Shown here: one piece after another, positions 47,734-49,529 of the stretch
How positions within the stretch are numbered: the stretch's first letter is position 1
Layout: every line of letters begins with the position of its first letter
Assembly (NCBI RefSeq): GCF_020630935.1
Contig: NZ_JAHDIG010000005.1
Coordinates: 64,001-113,529 of the forward strand
Length of the DNA stretch: 49,529 bases
From: Bernardetia sp.
GTDB lineage: Bacteria > Bacteroidota > Bacteroidia > Cytophagales > Bernardetiaceae
Direction: 5' to 3'
Notes under the pieces: model-generated
Seen by the model: the letters and a program-made list of their open reading frames with translations, nothing else
The model's database searches: none
Told to the model about the DNA's origin: nothing
Translations under genes and position numbers: made by a program

Positions 47734-49227
47734 ATGAAAAATACGCTCATTTGGCTTCGCAACGATTTACGTCTCAATGATAATCCTGCTTTAAAGAAAG
47801 CATTTCAGACTGGAAATAACGTTTTTGTTGTCTATATTTTTGACGACCATTATTTTCAAAAAACTGAACTCAATTTACCCAAAACAGGCATTTTTAGAGC
47901 CAATTTTTTATTAGAGTCTATACAAGACCTCAAAAAAAGACTACAAGAATATAATTCTGACCTTTTTATTTACAAAGGAAAAACAGAGGAAATTTTACCC
48001 AAACTGGCAAAAAAACTGGAAGTAGAAACCGTCTTTAGCTCAAAGGAAATAACTTTTGAAGAAATAAATTTGAAAAACAAAGTTAAAGGTGTTTTAGAAA
48101 AAGTAGATGTAAAGCTAGATGTAACGTTTCAACAAACTCTTTTTGAGGAAGAAGAATTGCCATTTACTCTTAGCGATTTGCCAAACGTGTTTACAAATTT
48201 TAGAAAGAAAGTAGAGAAAGAATTGGCAGTTTCAAAACTGATTCCTATTCCAAAAGAATTAGAGAAATTAAAGGAAACGGAAGAAAATGACTTTTTAAAT
48301 CAATTAGAAACAACTGAAGTTCCTACTCTCAAAGATTTTGACTTTTCAGCATCAGAAATTAATTCATTACACAATCCAAAAGCTGTTTTGAAATACGAAG
48401 GAGGAGAAACGGCAGCATTAGAGCGTCTGAACTATTATCTTTTTAAATCAGATTTGCTTCAAACCTATAAAGAAACACGCAACGGACTTTTAGGAGGTGA
48501 TTATTCGTCTAAATTTTCAGCGTGGTTGGCAAATGGCTGTATTTCTGCCAAAACGATTTGGAACGAAGTAGAGCGTTATGAAAACGAAGTAAAGAGCAAT
48601 AAATCTACCTACTGGCTGAAGTTTGAACTGCTTTGGAGAGAATATTTTAAGTGGATAGCCAAAAAATATGGCAATAAAATTTTCTTGTTGGAAGGAATGA
48701 AAGATGATGAAAACTTAGAGAAAATCTATGGAAAAGACAGAGAAAATCTGAAAAAACACTTTCAAAACGACCAAAACAAGAAGCTATTTGAAAAATGGAA
48801 AACTGCCAAAACAGGCATCCCGTTCATAGATGCCAATATGAAAGAGCTAAACGAAACAGGTTTTATGTCGAACAGAGGAAGGCAAAATGTAGCTTCTTTT
48901 TTGGTAAAAGACCTAAAACTAGACTGGCGATGGGGAGCTTCGTATTTTGAAACTAAGCTGATAGACTACGACGTTACGAGTAACTGGGCAAACTGGGCGT
49001 ATGTGGCTGGCGTAGGCAACGACCCAAGAGAAAACCGTTATTTTAATATCATCAAACAGGCAAAAGACTATGACGAAAATGCTGATTTTGTCAAACATTG
49101 GTTGCCACAGCTTTCAGATGTTCCAATTAATTTAGTGCATACACTCTACCGACTTACGCCCAAAGAACTGGAAAAGTACGAGGTTTCGTTAGGTGGAAAT
49201 TACCCTTATCCGATTGTGAAACTTTAA
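47734..49227 (+). CDS. Cryptochrome-DASH / deoxyribodipyrimidine photolyase family protein
   Basis: 497 aa. The N-terminus LIWLRNDLRLNDNPAL and C-terminal FAD-binding motifs (TG.P..DA.M..L..TG...NR.R) are present. Confidence 0.8.
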   Translation: MKNTLIWLRNDLRLNDNPALKKAFQTGNNVFVVYIFDDHYFQKTELNLPKTGIFRANFLLESIQDLKKRLQEYNSDLFIYKGKTEEILPKLAKKLEVETVFSSKEITFEEINLKNKVKGVLEKVDVKLDVTFQQTLFEEEELPFTLSDLPNVFTNFRKKVEKELAVSKLIPIPKELEKLKETEENDFLNQLETTEVPTLKDFDFSASEINSLHNPKAVLKYEGGETAALERLNYYLFKSDLLQTYKETRNGLLGGDYSSKFSAWLANGCISAKTIWNEVERYENEVKSNKSTYWLKFELLWREYFKWIAKKYGNKIFLLEGMKDDENLEKIYGKDRENLKKHFQNDQNKKLFEKWKTAKTGIPFIDANMKELNETGFMSNRGRQNVASFLVKDLKLDWRWGASYFETKLIDYDVTSNWANWAYVAGVGNDPRENRYFNIIKQAKDYDENADFVKHWLPQLSDVPINLVHTLYRLTPKELEKYEVSLGGNYPYPIVKL

Positions 49228-49289
49228 TTACCAAAAACTGTCAAGGCACTTCTAAAGTGTCAGACAGTTATACACAAGTAAAACAACTA

Positions 49290-49529
49290 TGAAAAATATC
49301 TACCTACTACTTTTCTTGCTAATCTTCTCATCCCAAAATACTTTCTCTCAAGACTACACCAAAATAACAGCTAGTGAGAAATCTAAAATGGTGATGTATG
49401 GAGGGTATTATCCTTATTCTTTGCTTTTAGAAAGTGGAAGCGACACGCTTTATTTACAACAGAAAGGTTTATATTTAATTTTTGAAGAAGGAAAATTATT
49501 ACAAGTAGATAAAGAAGGAGGCAGCACAA
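49290..49529 (+). CDS. Secreted hypothetical protein, 5' part only (runs off the window end)
   Basis: ATG at 49290 gives MKNIYLLLFLLIFSSQNTFSQDYTK, a signal peptide, and the frame stays open to the window end. Confidence 0.4.

Noticed and set aside
1-49529. Search for CRISPR arrays, IS elements/transposases, integrases, rRNA genes and prophage blocks
   Set aside because: No regularly spaced identical repeats with unique spacers were seen; the heptamer arrays are contiguous tandem repeats, not repeat-spacer units. No transposase or integrase-like ORFs, no rRNA signatures and no phage structural gene runs were found.

Overview
This 49.5-kb window is AT-rich (about 33-35% GC) and reads as chromosomal core DNA from a Bacteroidota genome. 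It is probably Cytophagia/Cytophagales-like, on three grounds: a T9SS-type C-terminal sorting motif, a low-GC Bacteroidetes-type tuf and recA, and DUF4286/DUF1015/DUF1343 genes. Gene content is mainly housekeeping: murQ, aroE, tal, a Fur-family regulator, hflX, uvrC, recA, the secG-tRNA(Tyr,Gly,Thr)-tuf block, purL, icd, a long acyl-CoA dehydrogenase and a CRY-DASH photolyase. Alongside these are envelope and signalling genes: a large T9SS cargo protein, an Omp85/BamA-family protein, an M28 peptidase, a PP2C phosphatase, an orphan histidine kinase, Lrp, and a TetR-SDR pair. I see no CRISPR array, transposase, rRNA or obvious prophage. The non-housekeeping signal is mostly non-coding. (1) Two copies of a structured element of about 110-150 nt have a conserved core and covarying terminal stems, which suggests a candidate sRNA or miniature element. 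(2) Four copies of a 15-bp palindromic motif (CGTTGCKCTGCAACT) are arranged with dyad symmetry in an unusually long icd/acyl-CoA-DH intergenic region. (3) A near-identical 60-bp duplication, each copy carrying an AACGTA-N7-TACGTT palindrome, sits in front of recA. (4) Two families of tandem heptanucleotide repeats, (AATTACG)n and (CAGTNNN)n, lie at gene boundaries. An uncharacterised, translationally coupled two-gene cassette between purL and icd and a stand-alone HNH-AP2 endonuclease-like gene are the main protein-level unknowns. I found no system that I can confidently call a novel defence locus. All calls rest on reading the supplied sequence and ORF translations by eye; no database searches were run.
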